Assembly: GCA_902761625.1 (NCBI GenBank)
Contig: CACWLH010000002.1
Coordinates: forward strand, 8,126-72,125
DNA from: an uncultured Erysipelotrichaceae bacterium
GTDB taxonomy: Bacteria; Bacillota_I; Bacilli_A; Erysipelotrichales; Erysipelotrichaceae
DNA length: 64,000 bases
Direction of reading: 5' to 3'
The notes beneath the pieces were generated by a model. The model saw only the letters and a list, made by a program, of their open reading frames with translations, was not told where the DNA came from and did no database searches. This document shows, in pieces, positions 1-9,188 of this stretch (the first letter of the stretch is position 1; each line of letters opens with the position of its first letter). The position numbers and the translations under genes are program-made.

Positions 1-464
1 AAAATTCAAATCTGAAAGAAGGCACACGCATTCTTCTGAACAAGTCGTATTTCATTCCGAAAACCCATCTGAGCAATTATCTGGATCATCTTTCTGCTTC
101 CGATCAGATGCGGATCAATGCGATTCTCAACATGTGCGCAAAATCGTCGAAAACCCATCCGCGCTTTAACAGCAGCCTTAAAATCCAGGCGAATTCGGTG
201 ATCTTCAAAGGCGAAGAACATTACTATATCTGCAGTCTTGAAGAAAACCATGCGCTTGTCTTTCCGATGAATATGAACCGCAAAGGTGTGCCGGTGAATT
301 TCAACGGCATGCTGAGATATGTGGATGTCGTTCATGGCAGGATGATTGATATCGATGATACCTGTTCATGTGCAGGTGCTCTGACCAAAAGCGCCAGAAA
401 TGATATCCTGCGTGCCTGCCGCCTGTCCATGACGAAAGAAACCGGTGTATACGCGGCTGTCTGA
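1..464 (+). CDS. 3' end of a hypothetical protein that starts upstream of the window
   Basis: The reading frame is open from nt 3 (NSNLKEGTRILLNKSYFIPKTHL...) to the stop at 462-464. An intrinsic terminator follows. No family recognised. Confidence 0.5.
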   Translation, partial: NSNLKEGTRILLNKSYFIPKTHLSNYLDHLSASDQMRINAILNMCAKSSKTHPRFNSSLKIQANSVIFKGEEHYYICSLEENHALVFPMNMNRKGVPVNFNGMLRYVDVVHGRMIDIDDTCSCAGALTKSARNDILRACRLSMTKETGVYAAV

Positions 465-484
465 GTCAATATCATCACTGATCC

Positions 485-510
485 AAACCGGCGTCTGCCG
501 GTTTTTTCTT
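485..510 (+). terminator. Rho-independent terminator
   Basis: AAACCGGC-GTCT-GCCGGTTT hairpin followed by a T-run. It lies between convergent genes. Confidence 0.6.
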
Positions 511-543
511 TTGTTTACCAAAGCACTGACAAAAAACCAGAGA

Positions 544-2583
544 TCAATAAATGAATTCTCTGGTCATCAGATGTTTGGTTTTCTGGTCTGTTGTTGTTTC
601 CGTGATCAGTCTGTTGAAGCTGTCATAATATCTGGTCCGTTCCCAGAGCACGTGATGATTTCCATCTTCACATACAGCCTGGATTTCCAGTCCGTTCTCA
701 TTATACGTATATGAGGTCTTGGTGTAGCCGGTGTCCTCCTGATCATGAAAGTCATTATAGGTGATCAATGAATCCAGAGATCCGTTTTCATTGAAGATTT
801 CGATCCGGTAGGAAAAATCATCATTGCCCAGGATGGTTTCAATCCTGTGTTCTGAAATCTGTGAGCCTTTCCAGTCATATTTATGTTTCTCACGCAGCAC
901 ATCATTGATGTAGACGCCGGCAATCCGGTGTCTGCGGTTGTATGTATAACGATAATCCGAGAATTGCGAAGGCAGTCCGTTCTGGTAGCGGACCAGGCTC
1001 AGAAGTGCCCCGCTGCTGTCACGCTTTTCGGTTTCAGTCAGAATGCCGCGGCGGAATGTGTCTTTGGCGCTGCCTTCATCGGAATAGGTATAAATGTATT
1101 CAAGACGGTCATCCGCATCCGGATATTGTTCCTTGATCATGCGTCCGTTTGCATCATATTGGTATTTGACTGTACCGGAAGAAACACCGTTTTCCATCAT
1201 GATGACTTTGCGCACCAGTGTGGATTCAGGCATATCCTCTCCCTTTGTCCGATGAAGCGCCTTTTTCAGTCGTTCAATCTCATCGGTGAGTTCTCTGATC
1301 TGATTGCCGGATTCGGTTTTATAATCTTCGAACGCTTTGTTCAGCATTTCCTCCTGCTCAATCTGGCGGTCGTAGTCTTCCTTCCATTTCTGGATCTCCA
1401 GCTTGTATTCCTTGATATCCTTGCGCTGTTTTTTCAGCTTTTCATTCAATTCATTGCGGATGATCATATGCTGGCGTTTTTCTTCGGCCAGCTGTTCCTT
1501 CTGTTCCTCCATGAAACGGCTGATATTGACGGAACCCGTGCCTTCTTCCGAGCCATAGGATTCTTCAAATTGCTGAAGATCTTCGATCAGTTCTTCGCCG
1601 TTGTCATAACGGTGGCTGGGTTCTTTGTTGGAAGCCTTGCGGATGATGCGCTTGAGGCCTTCAGGCAGAAAGTCAAACTGGCCGTTGGCAACATATTTCA
1701 TCAGGCAGCCCAGATTAAACATGTCCACACGCGCATAATCAATCTCATCCTTGTCAAAGTCTCCGGTCATTTCCGGGGCGATCGCGAATTCATTGACGAT
1801 GATGGTGCGGGTGCTGTCCGTGATACTGCTTTCGGGAATGCCGCTTTCAATATCAATCAGCACGAATTCATAAACATCCGGACATTTGAAATTCAATGTG
1901 ATGCCGATGTTGGGAGGCTTGATGTCTCGATGGATAAAACCGGTTCCGTCGTCCGAATATTCCGATACCTGCAGGGCTGCGCCGATTTCCTTTCCCAGCT
2001 TGACGATCATGCGGATGATTGAAGGAAGATCTTCAGGAAGGCTGACATTCTTCAATGTTCCGGCAACCTCATCCATAACCACAAGTGAGGCACAGGGGAT
2101 CACAGAGTCAATGGAAAAGGAAAGGTCAGGATAATAATGCAGGAAATGATGTTCGTAAAACCGGTTCTGATGACACTGGGCCACCACTTCAAGCACCCGT
2201 CTGCTTCCTCTTAAGGAAGGCATGAATGAAGGTGCTTCCAGAAGGGTTTTCACGGTATCGGTCATATGAATATTATCGGGATTTTTATTTTTATTGAGCG
2301 ATGCCAGATAAGCGGAGATCGGGTTGACCGACTTCACGACAAGGGAAAGATCCATCAGCTCTTCGTCCTTCTCGCTTGTCTGATCATTGTCAACGGTGTA
2401 ATGAAGCCTGTATACAATTCCGCTTCCTCCGTCGCCCAGTCTTTTTCCGCAGCGAAACCGGCCGTGATAGCAATCCAGTCCGGCAATGTGTTCATTGAGC
2501 AGATTCTCAACCAGTGCCGGTGTGATTCTCGGCAGACTGTTCAGTCTGAGCTCTTCGGTTTTCGGTATCTTGTTTGCGGCCAT
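544..2583 (-). CDS. Cytoplasmic Hanks-type Ser/Thr protein kinase with a central coiled coil and C-terminal YD/MORN-like beta-hairpin repeats
   Basis: Kinase motifs are present: Gly-loop GDGGSGIVY, catalytic loop IHRDIKPPNI, LIDIESG in the DFG position and IAPE. A ~100-aa K/E-rich heptad region follows. The C-terminus has repeats such as YQYDANGRMI, YIYTYSDEG, YRYTYN and YTYNENG. No signal peptide or TM segment. Confidence 0.85.
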   Translation of the reverse strand: MAANKIPKTEELRLNSLPRITPALVENLLNEHIAGLDCYHGRFRCGKRLGDGGSGIVYRLHYTVDNDQTSEKDEELMDLSLVVKSVNPISAYLASLNKNKNPDNIHMTDTVKTLLEAPSFMPSLRGSRRVLEVVAQCHQNRFYEHHFLHYYPDLSFSIDSVIPCASLVVMDEVAGTLKNVSLPEDLPSIIRMIVKLGKEIGAALQVSEYSDDGTGFIHRDIKPPNIGITLNFKCPDVYEFVLIDIESGIPESSITDSTRTIIVNEFAIAPEMTGDFDKDEIDYARVDMFNLGCLMKYVANGQFDFLPEGLKRIIRKASNKEPSHRYDNGEELIEDLQQFEESYGSEEGTGSVNISRFMEEQKEQLAEEKRQHMIIRNELNEKLKKQRKDIKEYKLEIQKWKEDYDRQIEQEEMLNKAFEDYKTESGNQIRELTDEIERLKKALHRTKGEDMPESTLVRKVIMMENGVSSGTVKYQYDANGRMIKEQYPDADDRLEYIYTYSDEGSAKDTFRRGILTETEKRDSSGALLSLVRYQNGLPSQFSDYRYTYNRRHRIAGVYINDVLREKHKYDWKGSQISEHRIETILGNDDFSYRIEIFNENGSLDSLITYNDFHDQEDTGYTKTSYTYNENGLEIQAVCEDGNHHVLWERTRYYDSFNRLITETTTDQKTKHLMTREFIY

Positions 2584-2593
2584 ATTGATTTAC

Positions 2594-3373
2594 TTAACTG
2601 AGTTCTCTGATCCGGATCACACATGCGCTGATATTGTCACGGCTTGTTTTCAAAGCGGCATTGACAAGTGTCTGCGCATCGTATTGATTAGTTTCCAGTA
2701 TATTCAGTATATCATCTGTACGCAAAAATCCGTTCACATCTGTAAAGGCATGGATCAATCCGTCCGTGGCAAGCACATAAAGATCATCTTTCTCGGGTCT
2801 GAAGCGGTAGATATCTGCCATCTGATGGCCGGAATGGGATGTGTTGCCGGCATATTCACTCAGCCGTGACGTATTGGAAAGAGGCGTGATGATATGCGCT
2901 TTTCCATGATGAAAGCGTAATACCGCCGCATCGCCCATATTCAATATCCTGACTTCATCCGGATAGATTCCGATAACACTGAGAGCAGCTGCGAGCTGTC
3001 TGTTCCACTGGTTGGATATATGGATCATCGTTTCATTGATTTCATCCGCAATGGCATCCATGGACTGGTCCAGGGAATACTCATCAAACAGATCGTCCAG
3101 TATTCTTCTGACAATGGATACAGCCGCATCATCCTGCGGTCTTTCAGTGTGTTCGGCGCCGGATACCCCGTCGGCGATCACGCTCATGAATTCATTGATT
3201 CCTTCGTATTCTTTCTGATGCGATATATGGTTCTGTCCTTCTGAACAGATGGTTTCGCATCCATCTGAAAATCCATAGGCATCCAGATTGCTGGCCCGTC
3301 CGGATATATCACTTGCGGCTGAGATGAACAGATGCATCTCGAGCGCGTCTGAATCCTGTATCTGTGTGTTCAT
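2594..3373 (-). CDS. PP2C-family Ser/Thr protein phosphatase
   Basis: PP2C motifs VIADGVSGAEH, LNMGDAAV, VLATDGLIHAF and DNISACVI. GGAG RBS 8 nt upstream of the ATG. It ends 10 nt before the kinase gene on the same strand. Confidence 0.85.
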   Translation of the reverse strand: MNTQIQDSDALEMHLFISAASDISGRASNLDAYGFSDGCETICSEGQNHISHQKEYEGINEFMSVIADGVSGAEHTERPQDDAAVSIVRRILDDLFDEYSLDQSMDAIADEINETMIHISNQWNRQLAAALSVIGIYPDEVRILNMGDAAVLRFHHGKAHIITPLSNTSRLSEYAGNTSHSGHQMADIYRFRPEKDDLYVLATDGLIHAFTDVNGFLRTDDILNILETNQYDAQTLVNAALKTSRDNISACVIRIRELS

Positions 3374-3376
3374 AGT

Positions 3377-5485
3377 ATGTTCTCCGTGATCAAAAACATT
3401 GTTTCTGATCCGTTTTCAATTTATCTGCTTCACAATAACCCCTTTTTTTTGGAGATGTCGGATCTGTCTGCTATCATGAAAATGGCAGGTAAGTATATGA
3501 ATAATATAGCAGGAAAACAGAAATATATATCGCTTGTCACCGGCTGGAGTGACAGGGCGGAAAAAATCAGAGACGAAAAATACATTGACTGGCATGATTC
3601 CGTGGAGAAAAGGCTGAACAGTCCGTATTTCAATACGCGCCTGGCAGGTCTTCTGGGAATCAAAGATCCGGAAAACCTTTCAAAATACGGCAGTAAGAAT
3701 CAGCTGATCGCCGCGGTGACGGGTTTCAATGAGGCGGAAATTGAAAAACTGAGATGGCTGCCCAGTGACCGGCGTGATCTCATGTTTGCCTTTGCCTTTG
3801 TGCTTGGCTATGAATACCAGCTGCTCACCACAAAAGACGGCAAACTGATTGTCGACTGCAGCCCGGAACTCAATCAATACTTTGATGATGCCGATATGCC
3901 ATTGCCTGATTATCGCAATCTGGATGATTATATTGCCATCTGCGCAGCCATGTATTACAGCGAATGCAACCGGAAAAAAGTCTATGGAAAAAACCGCATG
4001 ATCACGCTGTATGATCTGCAGGACAATCTGAGAAATCAAATGAGCAGCTATATCCTTGATCTGGATGAATTTGTCAGCTGGCCGGATTTCTTTGAATATT
4101 ACACATCATTGTTCAAACTGACCAATGCGAAAATCAAGAAGATCACGGGATTTGAAAAGTACAATACGCTGGAATGGAAAAAGAGAGTCCCCGAAGAGCC
4201 GGAAGTGCTTTTCATGATCTGCATTCTGTTCCATTTCACCCTGATCCAGAGCGTTCTTGTCTTTGACCGTTTCTACAATCAGGAAGACAAAGTGCAGAGG
4301 CCTGACTTCGAAAACAGCGAGGATCTGAGATGGCTCTATCTGGTTGAGAATTTCTGGAAACTGAAAGAGCTTCATTTTGAGGACCAGATCCAGGCGGTCA
4401 GGGATTATTATGATCAGAACAATCTGAGAAGATCCACGGATCTTTCCATTCTCCAATATCATGAAATATTCCAGTCGCTCACATTTGCAATGGATCAGAA
4501 ACAGGAATCCGCAAACAGCGGGCCGGGACAGACATTGATTGTGTCCGATTCCGCACAGCTTGGCGAGATCGCCGCCATTTCTCCATACGACCGTGTATTC
4601 ATCCATGCCGTGGACGGAACCGATCCGGTGATCAAAGCCGCAACCGATTTCTCTCTGGGCTATCAGATGGACGTTCTGCACGCGGCTGACCCGGCGAAAA
4701 TCTTATGGTACAGAAAGAAGACAACCACAAAGAAAAAGAAGGATGTGTCTGATGATCTGATCAGACAGATCTATTACAAAAAGAAACCGGATATGATGGA
4801 TCTGAACATGGAGAAGGGCTCAAAGCTGCTTCTCGAATGGATCGCTGACAACTCCGTCAACGCATATCTGATGAGAATTTATGATCTGGATAAACAGGAT
4901 AAATCCCTTGTCTGGAATAAGAAGCTTTCCGATCTTCAGCTCAAACACGGCAGCTATCCGAAACGGAAGGAGCTGATCGTTGCCGGCGTATTGATGAGCA
5001 TGCCGGAAAAGGGAATCAATGCCTTGCTGAAATGCTACGGATACAAGGCTTTGAGCAAACACGACTATACCGAATATGTGCTGATTCTGATATTGAATGA
5101 TATGGCGAAATTCTTCCCGTCTGAATTCTGTTTCAATGAGAAATACACTGCCAACCGCGCCGATATTGACCATGGCATCCAGAATATCGGAGCCAGACGC
5201 CAGGCGGACCGCAGTGACAGGGAAGGCTGTCTCTCCCTGCTGAGAAAATGGTATCCGAGATGGTTCTATGAATATGATCAGTCAATTTCGCAGACCGTGG
5301 TCAATGAACGGATTTATATTGATAATCAAAACTGGTATACGGTGGAGCCGCAGGAATATTTCGATGCCTGGTCGGTCAGGAAGCATGTTCTCTGGTGCCT
5401 TCACGCGGCCGGTTTCCCGAAGAATAACTGGCTGGTGAGCGGCCTGGCCAATCCGATGAAAGAGGATGAATATCCGCTTGGATGA
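3377..5485 (+). CDS. Large hypothetical protein (702 aa as drawn), possibly with several degenerate XRE-like HTH units; start codon uncertain
   Basis: Long uninterrupted ORF with host-like codon usage. Recurrent segments LVTGWSDRAEKI, AAVTGFNEAEIEKLRW and KKITGFEKYNTLEWKK resemble HTH helices. The ATG at 3377 sits inside the RBS-to-start spacer of the divergent PP2C gene. In-frame alternative starts are at 3455 and 3476. Confidence 0.65.
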   Translation: MFSVIKNIVSDPFSIYLLHNNPFFLEMSDLSAIMKMAGKYMNNIAGKQKYISLVTGWSDRAEKIRDEKYIDWHDSVEKRLNSPYFNTRLAGLLGIKDPENLSKYGSKNQLIAAVTGFNEAEIEKLRWLPSDRRDLMFAFAFVLGYEYQLLTTKDGKLIVDCSPELNQYFDDADMPLPDYRNLDDYIAICAAMYYSECNRKKVYGKNRMITLYDLQDNLRNQMSSYILDLDEFVSWPDFFEYYTSLFKLTNAKIKKITGFEKYNTLEWKKRVPEEPEVLFMICILFHFTLIQSVLVFDRFYNQEDKVQRPDFENSEDLRWLYLVENFWKLKELHFEDQIQAVRDYYDQNNLRRSTDLSILQYHEIFQSLTFAMDQKQESANSGPGQTLIVSDSAQLGEIAAISPYDRVFIHAVDGTDPVIKAATDFSLGYQMDVLHAADPAKILWYRKKTTTKKKKDVSDDLIRQIYYKKKPDMMDLNMEKGSKLLLEWIADNSVNAYLMRIYDLDKQDKSLVWNKKLSDLQLKHGSYPKRKELIVAGVLMSMPEKGINALLKCYGYKALSKHDYTEYVLILILNDMAKFFPSEFCFNEKYTANRADIDHGIQNIGARRQADRSDREGCLSLLRKWYPRWFYEYDQSISQTVVNERIYIDNQNWYTVEPQEYFDAWSVRKHVLWCLHAAGFPKNNWLVSGLANPMKEDEYPLG

Positions 5486-5501
5486 CAGCATAACAAAAAG
5501 A

Positions 5502-5543
5502 GTCTTTGTGAATGAAGAAGTCTTCTGACACAAAGGCTTTTTT
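5502..5543 (+). terminator. Probable intrinsic terminator
   Basis: GTCTTTGTG ... CACAAAGGC stem (one G-U pair) followed by TTTTTT. Confidence 0.5.
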
Positions 5544-5631
5544 CTGTCTGCGTCTTCCTTCATGCAATAAAAGACGAAAAAAAAGAGTGGTATGACACTG
5601 CTTTACGCTGTATACGGGAGGAAAGCGCTTC

Positions 5632-6612
5632 ATGTTGAAATACAGATATTACCGCTCTTTGCTCAATCATAAGGAACAGACCGTCTATGAACAGCTGGTA
5701 AGCGCCATGGAGAAATGTGAAGAGGAAGTATTCACGGAAATGCTTTCGCAGGAAGAGCTGCACCGGATCTTTTTCGCCGTGAATCTGGACCAGCCGCAGC
5801 TGTTTCATGTGGATTTCAGAAGTATTGCCATCTGCCAAAGAGGAAACAGATATCTTCTGAAACCTGTCTATCATCTCAAGGGAAAACAATATACGGACGC
5901 AAAAAAGAATGTGGATCTGGCTGCCGCTGCGATTCTGGATGAAATGAAACAGAAGAAGCCGGAAGATCCGTTTCTTTTCCTTCATGACTGGCTGATTGTC
6001 AATTGCACATATGGAGAAACAGAAGAAAGAAGCAGGGAAGCCCATTGTGTCTATGGCGCTCTGGTTGATCATCATTGCGTCTGTGAAGGCTTTGCCAAGG
6101 CATACAGATATCTCTGCACGCTGGCTGATCTGCAATGCACAGTGATCACCGGCAATGCCACAGTGCCTTTTCAGCCTTCCGGTCCCCATGCATGGAATAT
6201 GATCCGTGATCACGGGCATCTGTATCATGTGGATGTGACCTTTGATCATCTGATTGCGCAGAAGTATTGTTCACGTTCCTATTACAGGGTTTCCGGACAG
6301 ATCATCCGCAAAGATCATTCGTTTGACACGCTCTTTCCGATTCCGCAGGCAAAACATAACGGATCTTCTCTCAAAACGGTCGCAGGAACCCGCCAGCTGA
6401 TCGCATTTATGAAAGACGAATGTTACCGGGGCAGCCATATGAGTCAGGTCAGGCTGACAAAAGGATTTGAAATGGATGACATCATTCAGAAAATCGAATC
6501 CGGCCTTTGCGAGGAGGATTATGCATGGTTTTCAAGGCTTCAAAGCTGCCATTATGCCCCGGGCACACGGGTGATCAGCTTTGTCTGGAATCAGCCTGTG
6601 TATGGCACATGA
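5632..6612 (+). CDS. Transglutaminase-like (papain-fold) cysteine protease superfamily protein
   Basis: A Cys-His-Asp core in canonical spacing: HHCVCEGFAKAY ... GPHAWNMI ... YHVDVTFD. GGGAGGA RBS upstream. Confidence 0.85.
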   Translation: MLKYRYYRSLLNHKEQTVYEQLVSAMEKCEEEVFTEMLSQEELHRIFFAVNLDQPQLFHVDFRSIAICQRGNRYLLKPVYHLKGKQYTDAKKNVDLAAAAILDEMKQKKPEDPFLFLHDWLIVNCTYGETEERSREAHCVYGALVDHHCVCEGFAKAYRYLCTLADLQCTVITGNATVPFQPSGPHAWNMIRDHGHLYHVDVTFDHLIAQKYCSRSYYRVSGQIIRKDHSFDTLFPIPQAKHNGSSLKTVAGTRQLIAFMKDECYRGSHMSQVRLTKGFEMDDIIQKIESGLCEEDYAWFSRLQSCHYAPGTRVISFVWNQPVYGT

Positions 6613-6687
6613 TCAGATCTGTTTTCAAAACATGAAAAAAAAGCAGTCTGGGTGAACAGATATGCTTGAAGTGTAAGGAGGAAAAAC

Positions 6688-7455
6688 ATGTCAGTTTTCA
6701 AAACAGGCGTCAATAACGCAAAACTCAATATCATTTTCATTCTCGATTCCAGCGGCTCCATGAGAGGGGCACGCATCGGTCAGCTCAATCTCGGTGTGCG
6801 GGACTGTCTGAACATGATCAGCCATATGGACGGTCTTGAGGAAGTCAACGTCGAGATCCGCATTCTCCAGTTTGACGAAGATGTCAGATGGGTGCTTGGC
6901 AATGAAGAATCCGGTGTTACTCCGGAAGAAGCGCTGAACACATTCCGTGACATCGATGCCGTCAATGCCATCACCTGCACACACATGGCGGTAAACAAGA
7001 CCATGGAATGCCTGAAGTCGATTTACGCCAGCGGCGGCAACAATTACATGCCGATTCTCATCCTGGTCACCGACGGACGTTCCACTTATCCCGAGGAAAC
7101 CGTAAAGTCCTGTATGGATCTCAGCAAAGTTCTCCACGGTCATACCCACCGTGATGAAGAACGCACCATCCGCATCTCCATCGGCGTCGAAGAGGCCAAC
7201 CGCGATGAACTGCTCGCCTTTGCCTCAAAGAGAACCATCGTTCATTCCGACGGACTGCAGGAAGCGGATGTGCCCAATATCTTCGAGGTCGACTCAGTCG
7301 AAAATCTCAGAGATGTCCTGAAGAACATCACCATGGCATCCATCTCCAATTCGATTTCCGCAAGTTCCTCTGAAACCGGACAGGTCATCGAATATGAGGA
7401 TGACATTTCCGATTCGGATGACGATGAGGATGACGGCATCTGGGAGGATCTCTGA
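6688..7455 (+). CDS. von Willebrand factor A (TerY-like) protein with an intact MIDAS and an acidic C-terminal tail
   Basis: MIDAS motif IIFILDSSGSMRG, then ITCTH and ILILVTDGRS. The C-terminus is EYEDDISDSDDDEDDGIWEDL. AAGGAGG RBS upstream. Confidence 0.9.
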   Translation: MSVFKTGVNNAKLNIIFILDSSGSMRGARIGQLNLGVRDCLNMISHMDGLEEVNVEIRILQFDEDVRWVLGNEESGVTPEEALNTFRDIDAVNAITCTHMAVNKTMECLKSIYASGGNNYMPILILVTDGRSTYPEETVKSCMDLSKVLHGHTHRDEERTIRISIGVEEANRDELLAFASKRTIVHSDGLQEADVPNIFEVDSVENLRDVLKNITMASISNSISASSSETGQVIEYEDDISDSDDDEDDGIWEDL

Positions 7456-7481
7456 ACCATTGAAAAAAACGGAGGAATGCA

Positions 7482-9188
7482 ATGAACAGGAACATGGAAG
7501 ATAACAGAAACGAAATCATACTGCCGTCCATCATGATCAATGAAGAGGAAAATACCGGTCAGTATGAACAGTACAGCCGTGAAACCTGCGCATGCGATTC
7601 CTCCGTTTATCTGTTCACTGCCCGCCGCAAGGGCAGAGGCCATATTGCAAAGGGAATGCCCTGTCAGGATTATGCCCTGAACCGGGAAATGAAATACGGT
7701 CTGATCATGACGGCGGCGGATGGACTTGGCAGCTGTGAATACAGTGATGAAGGTTCCCGGATTGCCTGCGAAAGTGCGGTCCATATCATCTCGGAAATCG
7801 GCACAAAGGCAAAGTCGGAAACCATCTTCATCAAAAAGCTGAACCAGCTGTTCACAAGAAAGCGGATCGTCATGGAATGGATGGACAGAGTCAGCGCTGT
7901 TGCTCAGGGAAAAAGCGGCGCTATGCCGGATGATCTTTATGAGGCAGCCCGTCCGTATAATTCCACTTTGATGTGCGCGGTGATCACGAAGCATTTCATC
8001 TATGTCATGAATATCGGCGACGGTCAGATTCTTCTGTTCAATTCCGATTATGCATACAGACTCCGTCCGTATATGAAAAAGAACAGCTCCATGACGGATT
8101 CCCTTCATGATGTGCGCAGCTGGATGGAAGGCTTTCAGACCGCCCTGTTTCCGAGAAGGTATTTCAACGGGATTCTTCTTTCAAGTGACGGCATCTATGA
8201 TTTTCTGAATGAGGGACAGAGTTTCCACCGTTATGCATGCCAGATGGCAGAGCGGTTTGTCTCCGCCGGCAGCCCGGCGTTTCCGTTTGATTATGTGACG
8301 GAAGACGGTAAGGTCCATCATATTTATGAAGGCGGCAGTTTTGATGACTGCACCGTCAATCTGGCCGTGATGATGAAGCCGCTCGCAGCTGATCCGGTTC
8401 ATGAATATGTACAGAATGCTTTTGAGAAAAACGCCATCAGCCGCATGAGCAGAAATGTGCGCAGATATCATGTGGCAAAAGACGGCAGAGAATCCATTCT
8501 GGTCACTTCATCCGCAATGTATGACTTCGATGTACAAAGCGCCAGTTTGATCAGGCCGTATCATGAAGAGACGGTTCATGATTGTCATTATTCGCTGTAT
8601 GAAACCATCCCGTTTACTTCCCTGGAAGAAATGTATGTTTCAGGCGCGTTCCATAATGGCAGAACGAATGATCTGAAACATCTCATGCGGATCGGCAGCT
8701 GCTATGCAAAACTGAAACGGCTCGCCGATGAACTGGCTGCGCAGAAATGGAAACTTTCAGACGCGTCCGGATTTCTTTGCGGTTTTGATGAAAGCGGCAG
8801 CCTTTATTTATGTGCGCAGGCGGTTTCACGGATGGAACAGGAAAAACCGGGTGAGCGCTATGCATGGGTCAATCTTTATTTCCGCAACATCTTCGGGTTC
8901 CTCGTTTTTGAAAACAGAAAAATTCCGGTCTTCCGCAAAGGCATCAATGAAACGGAACAGAAGGTGGAGCGGATTGACGGGCTGGATCATACACATTTCG
9001 GCACTATTCATTCCGCCGGCACTCATTGTGAGCTGGTCAATGAAAGCGGAAAAGAGTGGATCTGTGAAAATGGAGAATGCATCAGCCAGGGAGAATCGAT
9101 TGTTCTGGACAAGGCGGTCTCATTCAGCTTTGCGCCGAGAAATGATATCCGTCTGGCCTATCACTTTGTGAGAAAGGAGAGCTTATGA
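7482..9188 (+). CDS. PP2C_2-type phosphatase domain protein with a ~270-aa C-terminal extension
   Basis: KGMPCQDYAL, TAADGLGSCEYSDEGSRIA, NIGDGQILL and LLSSDGIYDF match the PP2C_2 pattern. The extension is unassigned. Its last ~60 aa look like a beta-rich module, possibly FHA-like. Confidence 0.8.
   Translation: MNRNMEDNRNEIILPSIMINEEENTGQYEQYSRETCACDSSVYLFTARRKGRGHIAKGMPCQDYALNREMKYGLIMTAADGLGSCEYSDEGSRIACESAVHIISEIGTKAKSETIFIKKLNQLFTRKRIVMEWMDRVSAVAQGKSGAMPDDLYEAARPYNSTLMCAVITKHFIYVMNIGDGQILLFNSDYAYRLRPYMKKNSSMTDSLHDVRSWMEGFQTALFPRRYFNGILLSSDGIYDFLNEGQSFHRYACQMAERFVSAGSPAFPFDYVTEDGKVHHIYEGGSFDDCTVNLAVMMKPLAADPVHEYVQNAFEKNAISRMSRNVRRYHVAKDGRESILVTSSAMYDFDVQSASLIRPYHEETVHDCHYSLYETIPFTSLEEMYVSGAFHNGRTNDLKHLMRIGSCYAKLKRLADELAAQKWKLSDASGFLCGFDESGSLYLCAQAVSRMEQEKPGERYAWVNLYFRNIFGFLVFENRKIPVFRKGINETEQKVERIDGLDHTHFGTIHSAGTHCELVNESGKEWICENGECISQGESIVLDKAVSFSFAPRNDIRLAYHFVRKESL

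Noticed and set aside
6-335. 109-aa minus-strand ORF at the window start
   Set aside because: It is antisense to an ORF that is open from the window edge and is followed by a terminator. It has no RBS or recognisable product.
544-1150. The YD-like repeats of the kinase as an RHS/polymorphic-toxin cassette
   Set aside because: There is no signal peptide, no RHS core-terminating motif and no C-terminal toxin domain. The repeats are short and sit at the end of a cytoplasmic kinase, so a binding or scaffold role is more likely.
883-2022. 379-aa plus-strand ORF (plus smaller ones) antisense to the kinase gene
   Set aside because: Its composition is a low-complexity F/L/I-rich mirror of the K/E-rich coiled coil on the other strand. 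It has no RBS, and the minus-strand product has clear kinase motifs.
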